This document shows positions 8,465 through 19,012 of a stretch of 61,860 bases of DNA, piece by piece. The stretch covers positions 1-61,860 of the forward strand of contig CAVUVW010000018.1 of assembly GCA_963745035.1 (NCBI GenBank). Direction: 5' to 3'. Each line of letters begins with the position of its first letter. The stretch's first letter is position 1. The DNA is from an uncultured delta proteobacterium (lineage in GTDB: Bacteria; Desulfobacterota; Binatia; UBA9968). The notes under the pieces are model-generated. The model was not told the DNA's origin. It worked only from the letters and a program-made list of their open reading frames with translations, and did not search any database. A program made the position numbers and the translations under genes.

Positions 8465-10693
8465 ATGAGCTATAAAATCATCGGCCGGCCGGTGCCGCGC
8501 ACCGACAACACCGACAAAGTGACCGGCGAAGCGCGCTACACCTCAGACGTGCTTTTGCCCGGCACGCTTTGGGCGAAGAGCTTGCGCAGCCCCTATTCTC
8601 ATGCGCGCATCAAGAACATCGATGTGTCGCGCGCGGAAGATGCTCCGGGCGTGCGCGCCGTGCTTACCGGAAACGACGTGCGCGGAATTCTTTACGGCAG
8701 GCGCTATCGCGATATTTCCATTCTCGCTCAGGATCGCGTTCGCTTCATGGGCGAGCGGGTCGCGGCGGTCGCGGCGGATACGCTCGAGCAAGCCGAAAAC
8801 GCCTTGGATCTCATTCACAGTCGAATACGAGGAGCTGCCGGCGGTCTTTGATCCGATTGCGGCCGTGCAGGAAGGCGCGCCGATCGTCCATCCCGACGTA
8901 GCCAGCTATAAAGGACTTCCGACGCCGCTGGATGGTCCGACTAATCGCTTCGTTCACGATCTGTTCACCCGCGGCGACGTGGAGGCCGGCTTCAAGCAAG
9001 CCGACGTCGTCGTCGAAAATACTTTCACCGTGGCACGCGTGCATCAATCCTTTATCGAGCCGCACTGTTGCCTGGTGTCGATCGACGCGCAGGAGCGGGT
9101 GCAGATGTGGTCGCCCAACAAGGTGCCGCACGGCTTGAAGCAGAGCATGGCGCAGGCCTTCGGTATTCCCAAGGAAAAAATTCGCGTGAACCCGGTAGTC
9201 GATCGGCGGCGACTTCGGCGGCAAAGGGGCGCCGATCGACGAGCCGCTCTGCTATTTGCTCGCGCTGCGCAGCCGGCGGCCGGTCAAGATGGTGATGGAG
9301 TATCGCGAGGAGTTTTTTGCCGGCGCACCGCGCCACGCGGCGATCATGAAACTCAAAACCGGCGTCAAGCGCGACGGCACGATCGTTGCCCATCAAATGG
9401 ACGCCTACCTCGACGCCGGCGCCTACGGCGGATTCAGGCCGGGCGCGGTGGTCGGCGGCATCGCTCATGCGGGCGGCTGCTATCGCGCCGAGCACGCGCG
9501 CATTTCGGTTTCCCGCGTCTACACGAACAATATCCCCGGCGGGCAGATGCGCGCGCCCGGGGAGCCGCAAGGATTTTTCGCTGCGGAGTCGCACATGGAT
9601 TGCGTGGCGCGCAAGGTCGGCATGGATCCCTACGAGTTTCGCATGAAGAATCTCATGGAAGAGGGCGACATCACGCTCACCGGCGGCCACTATCGCGCCA
9701 TCAAGGCCAAGGAGACGCTCAAGGCGGCGGCCAAGGCGGCGGGATACTCGACAGCGAAGGGAAAATTCGTCGGACGCGGCGTGGCGATGGGCTATCGCGG
9801 GCCCGGCGGCGGCACGACGTCGCTCAAAGTCGAGCTCACCATCGATGGCGCGATCATCATCCACACATCTTTTTTCGAACAAGGCACCGGCACGTACACG
9901 ACGCTCAGGCAGATCGTCGCCGAGGAAATCGGCTGCGATCCCGAGGAGATTCAGATCAAAACTCTCGACACCGACTCCGGAGTTTCTGCCGACACCGGAC
10001 TCGGGGGCAGCCGAGGCACGCGGGTAGCGAGCGGCGCGGCTTTTCAAGCGGCGCGCGCGGCCAAAGAAGAACTGCTCGGCCTTGCGGCAGCCCAGTGGGG
10101 TTGGGCGAAAGACGACATCATTTTCAGCGGGAAAAAAATCATCGCCAAGAAAACCAGGAAGCAGGGTGCTTGGAAAGAACTGCTCGCGCAAGCGGGCCGC
10201 TCCGTCATCGGCGAGTCTTTGAACAAGGACGACGATCATTCTCCGGTGACCGCGTTCGCGGCGCAGGTCGCGGAAGTCGCGGTCGATCCCGAGACCGGCG
10301 AAGTCTCCTTGCGGCGGCTTGACGACGGCGCACGACACAGGCGTGATCATGAACCCGGTGGGCCATCAGGGCCAGATCGACGGCGGCGTCGTCCAGGGGA
10401 TCGGCTACGGATTGATCGAGTATCTGCCCGTGCAGGACGGCCGCGTCCAGGTAGGCAACTTCGGCGAATATAAGATTCCGACGATCAGGGATATTCCCGC
10501 GCTCAAAACCGTGATCGTCGCCAGCGGCGAAGGTGTCGGTCCCTATCATGTAAAAGGCATCGGCGAAAATCCGATCAGTCCGGCGGCGCCGGCGATCGCC
10601 AATGCCATCGAAGACGCAGTCGGTGTGCGGATCAAAGACTTGCCGATCACGGCGGAAAAGATTTACGCGGCGCTGCACGGGAACAGTAAGTAG
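8465..10693 (+). CDS. Xanthine dehydrogenase family molybdopterin-binding subunit (frameshifts near 8815, 9200, 10320)
   Basis: KVTGEARY, RSPYSHARI, EPH, GGDFGGK, QMRAPGEPQ, EQGTG, GQIDGGVVQGIG, KGIGE, IANAIEDAVGVRI.DLPITAEKI. Confidence 0.9.
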
Positions 10694-10781
10694 TTAGTAG
10701 CAAGTAGTTAGGAGTCAGGAGCTAAAAGCAAGGAGTTTTTGGAAGTGAAACTCCTCACTCCTCACTACTGACTCCTTACTG
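10690..10781. repeat. Inverted array of about 7-nt units (AGTTAGG/AGTCAGG ... CTCCTCA/CTACTGA)
   Basis: tagttagtagcaagtagttaggagtcaggag ... ctcctcactcctcactactgactccttact. Confidence 0.7.
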
Positions 10782-10795
10782 ATTTAGGAGGAGTG

Positions 10796-12214
10796 ATGCC
10801 ATTCGAATCGCTGGGTGATTTCATCAAAACGGCCGATGCGGTCGGCGAAGTGCAGTACGTCGAGGGCGCCGATCTTGAGATGGACGTCGGCGGTTTGACC
10901 GAGCTGATCGCCGAGCGGGGCGGGCCGATGCTCGTCTTCGACAAGTTCGCCGGCTATCCGGCCGGTCACCGCGTTTGCGCCAATGCGAATCGAACTCTGC
11001 GCCGGTTCGCTTTGGCGATGGATTTGCCACTCGACATTCATCCGTTGGAGTTGCTGCGCCGCTGGCGCGAGAAGCGCGCGGACTCGGTGCCGCTTTCGGC
11101 GAAAGTGGTGAAGGACGGGCCCATTCTCGCACACGTGCAGCAAGGCGACGACGTGAACATCGAAAGCTTTCCCGCACCGCGCTGGCACCCCGGCGATGGC
11201 GGGCGCTACATCGGCACGCAGGACATGGTGATCGTGCGCGATCCCGAGCAGGGGTGGGTGAACATGGGCTGTTATCGCGCGATGATCCAACGGCGCGACC
11301 GCATCAGTCTGTGGATCAACCCGCAGAAGCACGGTCGCATTCTGGCACAAAAGTATTGGAAAGAAGGGAAGGCCGCGCCGGTCGCGGTGGTATTCGGCTG
11401 CGAGCCGGTAACTTGGATGACCGCGTCCATGTCTCCGCCTTTCGGAACTTCCGAGTATGATCTGGCCGGCGCTTACCGCGGCAGCCCGGTGGATGTGGTG
11501 GAGTTGCCGCTGACTAAATTGCCCGTGCCCGCGCAGGCGGAGATCGTCGTCGAGGGAGTGATTCCGCCGGAGAGCGAAGAAACCGCGGTCGAAGGACCGT
11601 TCGGCGAGTGGCCGGGCTACTATACTCATCAGGGCCCGGAAGCCGTGGTGCGCATCCAGCGCATTTACTATCGCGACAATCCGATCATCGCCGGCGCGCC
11701 GCCGCTCAGGCCGATTAACTGGAGCAACTTCACGAACTATGTGCATCTGTGGGAGCACCTCGAGCGATCCGGCATCACGGACGTGCAGGGTGTCTGGGGT
11801 TTTTACAACGGCCTACTGACCGTAGTGGCGCTCAAGCAGCGCTACGCCGGCCACGCCAAACAGGCGTTGATCACCGCCGCGGGTTTCCGCCACGGCGACA
11901 TGAAGACGTATTACGTCACCGTCGACGACGACATCGATCCGACTAACCAAGACGAAGTTCTATGGGCCATGTGCACGCGGGTCGATCCGACCACCGCCGT
12001 CGACGTCGTACGCGACGCCTGGACTGCCGATCTCGACCCGCGCGTCTCGCCAGGCAGGCGCGAGGCGGGCGATTTAACCGTCGGGCGCATGCTGATCAAC
12101 GCGTGCAAGCCCTTTGCCTGGCGTGAGCAGTTTGCCAAGACCAACGTATTCAACATCGAAGATCGGAAGAGGTTGCAGGCCAAGTGGGGGGAGCTGCTCG
12201 CGAAGATGCGCTGA
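10796..12214 (+). CDS. ubiD: UbiD-family prFMN-dependent decarboxylase (paralogue 1)
   Basis: NMGCYR, AEIVVEG, EGPFGEWPGYY, VDDDIDP, WAMCTRVDP. Confidence 0.9.
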   Translation: MPFESLGDFIKTADAVGEVQYVEGADLEMDVGGLTELIAERGGPMLVFDKFAGYPAGHRVCANANRTLRRFALAMDLPLDIHPLELLRRWREKRADSVPLSAKVVKDGPILAHVQQGDDVNIESFPAPRWHPGDGGRYIGTQDMVIVRDPEQGWVNMGCYRAMIQRRDRISLWINPQKHGRILAQKYWKEGKAAPVAVVFGCEPVTWMTASMSPPFGTSEYDLAGAYRGSPVDVVELPLTKLPVPAQAEIVVEGVIPPESEETAVEGPFGEWPGYYTHQGPEAVVRIQRIYYRDNPIIAGAPPLRPINWSNFTNYVHLWEHLERSGITDVQGVWGFYNGLLTVVALKQRYAGHAKQALITAAGFRHGDMKTYYVTVDDDIDPTNQDEVLWAMCTRVDPTTAVDVVRDAWTADLDPRVSPGRREAGDLTVGRMLINACKPFAWREQFAKTNVFNIEDRKRLQAKWGELLAKMR

Positions 12215-12290
12215 AGTCGCTCGCTCGATTCCGCATACAAGTCGGATGCAGCGATAGAGTCGTGCGCTGAAAATACTCAGGCGCAATCGG

Positions 12291-12905
12291 TCATTTGAGC
12301 AGGTAGCTCGCGGGCATCGGAACGCGCAGAATATTAATCCCTTCGCTCTCTTCGACGTAGCGGATGAAATGGTACTTGTTCTCTAGCTCGTCGTATTGCA
12401 GCGGCGGCGCTTCGGCACGGCCGGGTTCGATGCGCGCCCAGATGAAGTGCGGGCCGTCATGGCTGAGCGCGTGGCGGACCGCCTGGCTCAGTTCTTCGAC
12501 TGTCGAAGCCACGCAGGAGCTGTGGATGCCGGCGTTGCGGGCGATCCCAGCGAAATCGATCTTGCCGGCGGTCGCCACGGTCGGCTCGCCGCCGGAGGAT
12601 TCGTACTGCTGGTTATCCCAGCAGATGTGAATCAAGTTTTTCGGTTGATGCAGGCCGATGGTGGCGAGCGAGCCGAGATTCATCCACAGGGCGCCATCGC
12701 CGTCGAAAACGAAAACTTTGCGCTTGGGAAGAGCGATCGCGACGCCGAGTCCGATCGATGAGCACAGACCAAGGGTTTTCACCTGAATATTGCCGTCGCT
12801 CGGATGAACCGCATTCCATTCGGCGGTGGCGCCTCCGGCGGTGGTGACGAACAACTCGTTCTTGATCAAGGGCGCAATCGCCTGCAAGCATTCGAAGCGT
12901 TTCAT
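12291..12905 (-). CDS. comE: ThDP-dependent sulfopyruvate/phosphonopyruvate decarboxylase beta subunit (ComE-like)
   Basis: GDGALWMNLG...DN ThDP-binding motif and YESSGGEP. Confidence 0.75.
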   Translation of the reverse strand: MKRFECLQAIAPLIKNELFVTTAGGATAEWNAVHPSDGNIQVKTLGLCSSIGLGVAIALPKRKVFVFDGDGALWMNLGSLATIGLHQPKNLIHICWDNQQYESSGGEPTVATAGKIDFAGIARNAGIHSSCVASTVEELSQAVRHALSHDGPHFIWARIEPGRAEAPPLQYDELENKYHFIRYVEESEGINILRVPMPASYLLK

Positions 12906-12914
12906 CTTTGCTCC

Positions 12915-13409
12915 CTAAAGTACGGCGCGCGTGAGTAACAGAGCCACCGGCCGTTTCGAGCTGTTCGCCAGGGTTACCGCCCCGGCGATGTCCTGCTTCA
13001 CTTTGGCAGGATCGCGCATGACGATGTACTTGATGCCCAAGCCCTGGAGCACCGGCTCGGTCACCAGCCCAACCATGTGAAATGCATTGTCGCCGATATC
13101 CCCGGCGTAATAGATGAGCAGCAAGATCGGCATGCCGAACTGCAGCGCGGTAGTGGTGAGGCCGTTGCAGCTATTCAAGAGGCCGCCGTTCTGCATGAGC
13201 AGCGCGGTTTTCTTGCCGCCAAGATGCGCTCCAGCGCAGACGCCGACGCCTTCCTCTTCGCGGCCGACCGGCACGTGGCTAATCTGTTTATCCTCGTAAA
13301 GTAGATTGATGAGCTGCAGCATGTTGATGTCGGGAACGCTCGATACCAAATCGATTCCGGCTTCCTTTAACCCGGCAAGAATCTGCTGCGCTCCGGCGAC
13401 GGTTCCCAT
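12915..13409 (-). CDS. comD: Sulfopyruvate/phosphonopyruvate decarboxylase alpha subunit (ComD-like)
   Basis: SVPD, REEEGVGVCAGA and LMQNGGLLN motifs; AGGAG RBS before ATG at 13409. Confidence 0.75.
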   Translation of the reverse strand: MGTVAGAQQILAGLKEAGIDLVSSVPDINMLQLINLLYEDKQISHVPVGREEEGVGVCAGAHLGGKKTALLMQNGGLLNSCNGLTTTALQFGMPILLLIYYAGDIGDNAFHMVGLVTEPVLQGLGIKYIVMRDPAKVKQDIAGAVTLANSSKRPVALLLTRAVL

Positions 13410-13461
13410 GTCAGCTCCTCTGCGATCGCGTGATGGCTTTCTCCAGCCTCCACGCTGTTCT

Positions 13462-13490
13462 CTTCTAAAAATTATCGGCGATGCTGTCAA
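13462..13490 (-). promoter_or_regulatory. Putative sigma70 promoter for the comDE-like operon
   Basis: Minus strand TTGACA-N17-TAGAAG. Confidence 0.45.
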
Positions 13491-13506
13491 GCCGAAGCAG
13501 ATTGGT

Positions 13507-13536
13507 TTGACACTCCGTGGGAGATTCTGTTAGCAG
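13507..13536 (+). promoter_or_regulatory. Putative sigma70 promoter for tctCBA (divergent)
   Basis: TTGACA-N18-TAGCAG with TG upstream of the -10 element. Confidence 0.35.
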
Positions 13537-13603
13537 AGGATGCGATTCAAGATCGGAGGTGACGTTGTGAAGTTGTTCCCGGAGATTCGGAAGTTGCGCC
13601 GCA

Positions 13604-14551
13604 TTGCCGGCATTATGCGCGTCGTTCATCATGCTCGGCGCTGCGCCGGTGGCGGCGCAAGATTATCCGACAAAGACCATCCAGATCATCAACCCTTTTC
13701 CTCCCGGGGCCGTTACCGACATCGTCGCGCGCATCCTGGCGCCGAAAATGTCGGGCCTTCTCGGCCAGCAGGTCGTTGTCATCAACAAGGCTGGAGGCGG
13801 CGGCGCCGTGGGCATTCAAGCGGCGCGCGACGCGGCGCCGGACGGCTATACGATTCTGGTGACGCCGCCCCCGATCGTGTTGATTCCCATCGTGAATAAG
13901 AATTCCGGCTTCACCTTGAAGGATTTTGTTCCGCTCACTCTGGCGACCAGCAGCCCGAACACGACGGTGGTCAAAGCAGACGCGCCGTGGAAGTCGCTCG
14001 AAGACGTGCTCGCCGAAGCGAAGAAAAATCCCGGGCAGCTCACCTACGGATCCGCCGGGCCGGGCACGACGCCGCACTTTATCGGTGAGCTGGTCAAGCT
14101 GAAAACGAAGATCGATATGACTCACGTTCCGCTCGGCTCCGAGTCCGCCGCGGCGACGGCGGTTTTGGGCGGCCACGTGAACATTGCCTTCTTGACGTTG
14201 GGCACCACCCGGAGCCACATCGAGGCCGGCACCATGCGCGCGCTCGCAGTGGCGTCCAATCGCCGGCTCAAGGATTTTCCCAACGTGCCCACCACGGTGG
14301 AAAAGGGATTTTCCGAGCTCAATCTTAAGATCTGGGTGGGCTTCTTCGCTCCCGCAAAAACGCCGCCGGCGATCGCCAAACGGCTTGCCGGCGCGATCGG
14401 CGAGAGTCTCAAGGACGCCGAAGTGACGGCGCAGATCGAGAAGGCGCAGGCGCTCGTGGAAAATCTCGGGCCGCAGGAGGCGGCGAAATTTCTCGCCGAA
14501 GAAGAGCGCAAATGGTCCGAAGTCGCGAAGGTCGCCAAAATCGCAAATTGA
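13604..14551 (+). CDS. tctC: Tripartite tricarboxylate transporter substrate-binding protein (Bug/TctC); start approximate
   Basis: YPTKTIQIINPFPPGAVTD..AR, NKAGGGG, PDGYT, YGSAGPG. Confidence 0.9.
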   Translation: MPALCASFIMLGAAPVAAQDYPTKTIQIINPFPPGAVTDIVARILAPKMSGLLGQQVVVINKAGGGGAVGIQAARDAAPDGYTILVTPPPIVLIPIVNKNSGFTLKDFVPLTLATSSPNTTVVKADAPWKSLEDVLAEAKKNPGQLTYGSAGPGTTPHFIGELVKLKTKIDMTHVPLGSESAAATAVLGGHVNIAFLTLGTTRSHIEAGTMRALAVASNRRLKDFPNVPTTVEKGFSELNLKIWVGFFAPAKTPPAIAKRLAGAIGESLKDAEVTAQIEKAQALVENLGPQEAAKFLAEEERKWSEVAKVAKIAN

Positions 14552-15024
14552 TGCGCGCCGTTGCTTTTGTAATGCGGTCAGATCTTGCGGCTGCCGCGCT
14601 TTTGCTCGCGCTCGCCGGCTACATTTTTTTAGCCGCCGGTGCGCTGCCGTTTGGCACCGCGCGGGTGCCGCAGACGGCTTTCTTCCCCAAGTGCCTGGCT
14701 ATTTTGCTGGGCGTATTGTCGCTTATCCTGCTTGGCCGAGCTTTCGTCGGTAGAGAGGATACGCTCGCTTCCGACGAAATCGCGCCCCGCGGTTGGCTTC
14801 GCATCGGTGCCACATTGGCGGTGCTGATCGGCTTCGCCCTCGTCCTTGAGCGTTTGGGCTTTCTGGCGTCGACTTTCCTGTTGATGTTTCTGCTGCTGCG
14901 CGCCATCGAGCCGCAGCCATGGCGCAACGTCATCGCCATCGCCCTGGCCACCTCGCTTATCTCCTATGGGCTTTTTGCATGGCTTTTGGGCGTGCCGCTT
15001 CCCGCCGGAGTTCTAGGGATCTAA
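14551..15024 (+). CDS. tctB: Tripartite tricarboxylate transporter small membrane subunit
   Basis: Four hydrophobic segments, FFP, LGF, C-terminal LGVPLPAG. Confidence 0.85.
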   Translation: MRAVAFVMRSDLAAAALLLALAGYIFLAAGALPFGTARVPQTAFFPKCLAILLGVLSLILLGRAFVGREDTLASDEIAPRGWLRIGATLAVLIGFALVLERLGFLASTFLLMFLLLRAIEPQPWRNVIAIALATSLISYGLFAWLLGVPLPAGVLGI

Positions 15025-15025
15025 G

Positions 15026-16510
15026 GTGGATCTCCTCGCCAATGTCGGCCTGGGTTTCACCGTAGCGCTCACGCCGGCAAATCTGCTCTTTTGTTTTCTC
15101 GGCGCGCTGGTCGGTACGCTGGTCGGCGTGCTGCCGGGGCTGGGTCCGGTCGGCGCCGTCGCGTTTTTGTTATCGCTCACGTTCAAGATGGAACCAGCGA
15201 GTGCCGTCATCATGCTCGCAGGCATTTATTACGGCGCCATGTACGGTGGTTCGACGACTTCGATCCTGGTCAATATTCCCGGCGAAACCGCATCGGTGGT
15301 CACCTGTCTCGACGGCTACCGCATGGCGCGCCGGGGCAGAGCGGGTGCCGCGCTCGGCATGGCCGCTTTCGCTTCGTTCATCGCGGGAACCGTCGGCGTG
15401 ATCGGCCTCATGCTTCTGGCACCGCTGCTGGGCAGGGCCGCGCTGAGCTTTGGTCCGCCTGAGTTTTTCGCTCTCACTCTTACCGGTCTGACTTTGGTGG
15501 CGTATCTCACCCAGGGGTCAATGGTCAAAGCATTGATCATGGCTGTCCTCGGGTTGTTGGCCGGCACGGTGGGGATGGATCCGATCTCCGGCCAGGAGCG
15601 TTTCACCTATGGAACCCTGACGTTGAGAGATGGCTTCGGTCTGGTGCCGGTGGCGATGGGTTTGTTCGGCGTCGCCGAGGTGCTCGACAACCTGGCCCGG
15701 ATCGGCACGCAAACCGTCTATGAAACTAAGATCAAGGGGCTACTGCCCAATTCCACAGACTGGAAGGACAGCGCGCGGCCGATCGCACGCGGCTCCCTGC
15801 TGGGTTTTTTTCTCGGCATCTTACCGGGCCCCGGACCTGTGATCGCGTCGTTCGTTTCCTACGCGATGGAAAAGCGCCTCTCGCGTTATCCGGAAAAATT
15901 CGGCAGCGGCGTCATCGAAGGCGTGGCCGGGCCCGAAGCCGCCAACAATGCCGCGACCGCCGGATCGTTCATCCCGCTGCTCTCGCTCGGCATTCCCACC
16001 AGCGCGATCATGGCGCTGTTCATGGGCGCGCTGATGATCCACGGCATCCAGCCTGGGCCGCTGTTCATCGCGCGCTACCCCGAGCTCTTCTGGGGTTTTA
16101 TCGCCAGCATGTACGTCGGCAATGCGATGCTGCTCGTGCTCAATCTGCCGCTGATCGGCATATGGGTGCGGGTGTTGAAAACGCCGTACGCTATTCTATG
16201 CCCTTTGATTTTGCTCTTCTGTCTGATCGGTGTTTACAGTCTCAACGCCAACGTCGTGGAAATAGCGATCATGCTCGCTTTCGGCGTGTTTGGTTTTTTC
16301 ATGCGCCGCGCCGGATTCGAAGGCGCGCCGTTCATCCTCGCTTTGGTGCTCGGGCCGATCATGGAAACGTCGCTGCGCCAGTCTTTGCTCATCTCGCGCG
16401 GCAGCTTCAATATTTTTCTTACGCGGCCGATCTGCGCCGCGCTGATCGCCTTAACCGCAGCGTTCCTGATTTGGCCGATACTGCGGCGCAGAAAGCGCAG
16501 GGAAAATTAA
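15026..16510 (+). CDS. tctA: Tripartite tricarboxylate transporter permease
   Basis: [38 protein letters not shown]. Confidence 0.95.
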   Translation: MDLLANVGLGFTVALTPANLLFCFLGALVGTLVGVLPGLGPVGAVAFLLSLTFKMEPASAVIMLAGIYYGAMYGGSTTSILVNIPGETASVVTCLDGYRMARRGRAGAALGMAAFASFIAGTVGVIGLMLLAPLLGRAALSFGPPEFFALTLTGLTLVAYLTQGSMVKALIMAVLGLLAGTVGMDPISGQERFTYGTLTLRDGFGLVPVAMGLFGVAEVLDNLARIGTQTVYETKIKGLLPNSTDWKDSARPIARGSLLGFFLGILPGPGPVIASFVSYAMEKRLSRYPEKFGSGVIEGVAGPEAANNAATAGSFIPLLSLGIPTSAIMALFMGALMIHGIQPGPLFIARYPELFWGFIASMYVGNAMLLVLNLPLIGIWVRVLKTPYAILCPLILLFCLIGVYSLNANVVEIAIMLAFGVFGFFMRRAGFEGAPFILALVLGPIMETSLRQSLLISRGSFNIFLTRPICAALIALTAAFLIWPILRRRKRREN

Positions 16511-16590
16511 CTAACCAGCGGCGAAGGGACAGTTCACCACGAAGTGATGCATGACTTTCGCTCGCGCAAAGATAATGAAAAAGCATCACG

Positions 16591-16667
16591 AAAGATTTCT
16601 CGCATCCGCTCGAAATGACAATTAGGCGCACGCATCTGTCATTTCGAAACGAAGTGAGGAAATCTTT
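16591..16667. repeat. Palindromic element of the GTCATTTCGA...AGAAATCT family (units tail-to-tail)
   Basis: agatttctcgcatccgctcgaaatgaca ... tgtcatttcgaaacgaagtgaggaaatct. Confidence 0.8.
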
Positions 16668-16724
16668 CTCTACCTGTTATTTTCGAAGGAGGACGCGAAG
16701 GCCACGAAGAGTTTTTAGGTTTTT

Positions 16725-16744
16725 GTAGGGTGCGCTTGCGCACC
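16725..16744 (+). repeat. GTAG-type REP-like hairpin
   Basis: GTAG followed by a perfect 7-bp stem GGTGCGC-TT-GCGCACC. Confidence 0.6.
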
Positions 16745-16904
16745 GACTCAGCCGGATGCAGCGCAGAGGATGCGTCATGAAGACAAGAACTAGATAATCC
16801 CGCGCCCGAGTTGACGTCTCCGGGGCCGTAGTCGAGGTTGCATTCCCTGACTTGCGCTATATATTAGCGACGCCTTCCACTTCGGAAACGGAAAGGAGAG
16901 CGCT

Positions 16905-17932
16905 ATGAGTTTTCTCTTAGGCTTTTTCTTTTTGTTGGCAGCGAGCTCTACCCTTCAAGCCCAGTCTTTCTACCAAGGGAAGAGTATCAAGCTCATCGTC
17001 GGCAGCCCGGCCGGATCCAATTACGATCAGTACTCCCGCCTGATCGCTCCCTATCTCAGCAAGTACATTTCTGGAAATCCCGAAGTGATCGTCCAGAATA
17101 TGGGCGGCGCCGGCTCTGCAATCGCCGCCAACCACGTTTATCGTCTCGCCGCGCCGGATGGTTTGACGCTCTTGTCGATCCTTCCAGCGATCTACTTCGA
17201 TCAACTCGTCGGTCGCAAGGAGGTCCAGTTCGACTACGCTAAATTCGTCTGGATCGGCAGCACCGACCGATCGAATAATCTGCTCATCATGCGGCGCCGA
17301 TACTCCCTTATAAGACTCTGCAAGACGTGCGGACTGCGTCCGAGCCGCCCAAGTGCGCAGCCACCGGGACCGGCTCGATCGCGTATTATATGCCCAAACT
17401 GTTGGAGGAAGTGCTCGGCACGAAATTCAACGTCGTGGTCGGCTACCCCGGCGGTCCGGAGATGGATCTCGCGGTGGAGCGAGGCGAAGCGCAATGCCGG
17501 GCTTTTACCCTTTCGGCGTTTTTGAGCGACCGAGATCCTTACCGAACCTGGCGCAAGAACAATTCCGTTCGTGTGCTGGTGCAGACCGGCGCCAGTCGCG
17601 ACAAAAGGCTGCCGAATGTGCCGACGCTCGTCGAGTTGATGGATGAGCACAAAACTCCCGAGTCGTCGCGGCGCCTGGCAAAATTGGTTCTCGCCTCCGG
17701 CGATCTGGGCCGTCCGATCATCGGACCGCCCGGGATTCCCACGGATCGGGTAAAAATCCTGCGCCAAGCGTTTATGAAAGCGTTGACCGACCCGGCGCTT
17801 CTCGCGCACGCCGAAAAAGTCAATATGGAAATCGAACCCACCGGCGGAGAGGAATTGGAGACGCTGGCCAAAGACGTGATGACCCAGCCTCCCGACGTGA
17901 TCGAACGAATGAAAAAATTGCTCGGCAAATGA
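16905..17932 (+). CDS. Bug/TctC-family substrate-binding protein (frameshift near 17295)
   Basis: Signal peptide, FYQGKSIKLIVG, VQNMGGAGS, PDGLT, GYPGG.EMDLAVERGE, PPGIP.DRV. Confidence 0.85.
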
Positions 17933-17977
17933 TGGGCGCGAGCAACCCGTAGTAACGCGGTCTAAGGAGGTAGCGCC

Positions 17978-19006
17978 ATGAAGAGAATAGTCCTCGGGCT
18001 GTTGTTTTTCGTCGCTGCAAGCTCCGAGCTTTTGGCCCAGCCATCTTTCTTCGAGGGCAAGAGCGGACGCATTCTCGTCGGATTCTCGCCCGGCGGATCT
18101 TACGATTTGTGGGCGCGCCTGATCGCGCAGCACATGAGCAAGCATATTCCTGGGAATCCCAGCTTCGTCGTGCAGAACATGACCGGCGGCGGCTCGATGG
18201 TCGCGGCGAATTACATCTACAACGTCGCCAAGCCTGACGGTTTGACTTTCGGCGTCGTCACGCCGGGGCTCTATATCGAGCAGCTCGCCGGACGAAAAGA
18301 GGTTCAATACGACTGGGGCAAATTTAGCTGGATCGGCTCGCCGGAAAGAACCGACCGGATCTTTTACATTCGCGCCGATACTCCCTACAAAATCCTCGAA
18401 GATCTGCGCAAGGCGGCGGAGCCGGCGAAATGCGGCGCTACGGGAGTCGGCACGGCAAGCTATTATTGGCCCCGGCTTCTCGCCGAGGCATTTGGCTTCA
18501 AGGTGAATATCGTTGCCGGATACCAGGGGTCGAGCGACGTCAATCTCGCGATCGAAAAAGGGGAAGTGCAATGCTGGGGCGGCACGGTGCAGGCGTTTTT
18601 CGGCAGCGAGCCCGGGCGAACCTGGGCCAAGACGGGCTATGTTCGCGTGCTCACGCAGGGAGGGCAGAAAAGGCATCCCCAGCTTGCCGACGTTCCAACC
18701 GTATGGAATTTAATGGACAAGCACGGCGCCGCCGAATCGACACGGCGTGTCGCCAAGGTGCTGCTTTCTCCCGACGATCTTGGCCGGCCATTCTTCGGTC
18801 CGCCCGGTGTTCCGCCGGATCGAGTGAAAATTTTGCGTGATGCGTTTGCGAAAGTGCTCAATGATCCGGACGTAGCCGCGGAAGCGCAGAAGAAAGGTCT
18901 CGATCCCAGCCTCGTCACCGGCGGCGAGATTGAAAGTATGATCAAAGATCTCGTCGGCCTGCCGCCTGAAGTCACCCAGCGGATGAAGAGACTTGTGGAG
19001 CAGTAG
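17978..19006 (+). CDS. Bug/TctC-family substrate-binding protein (tandem paralogue)
   Basis: FFEGK, GGSYD..AR, VQNMTGGGS, PDGLT, LAIEKGEV, PPGVP.DRV. Confidence 0.9.
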   Translation: MKRIVLGLLFFVAASSELLAQPSFFEGKSGRILVGFSPGGSYDLWARLIAQHMSKHIPGNPSFVVQNMTGGGSMVAANYIYNVAKPDGLTFGVVTPGLYIEQLAGRKEVQYDWGKFSWIGSPERTDRIFYIRADTPYKILEDLRKAAEPAKCGATGVGTASYYWPRLLAEAFGFKVNIVAGYQGSSDVNLAIEKGEVQCWGGTVQAFFGSEPGRTWAKTGYVRVLTQGGQKRHPQLADVPTVWNLMDKHGAAESTRRVAKVLLSPDDLGRPFFGPPGVPPDRVKILRDAFAKVLNDPDVAAEAQKKGLDPSLVTGGEIESMIKDLVGLPPEVTQRMKRLVEQ

Positions 19007-19012
19007 GTCGCC

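Noticed and set aside
8805-10330. Programmed ribosomal frameshifting or selenocysteine recoding in broken genes
   Set aside because: No consistent slippery heptamers and no in-frame TGA at catalytic Cys positions; breakpoints look random.
8465-10693. Aerobic CO dehydrogenase CoxL
   Set aside because: Active-site loop is QMRAPG, not AYXCSFR or AYRGAGR, and coxM/coxS are absent.
17234-18676. Long antisense or alternative-frame ORFs (e.g. 17234..18676 -, 9052..10350 -, 20280..21299 +, 46229..47368 +)
   Set aside because: They shadow well-supported genes in GC-rich DNA and carry no recognisable motifs.
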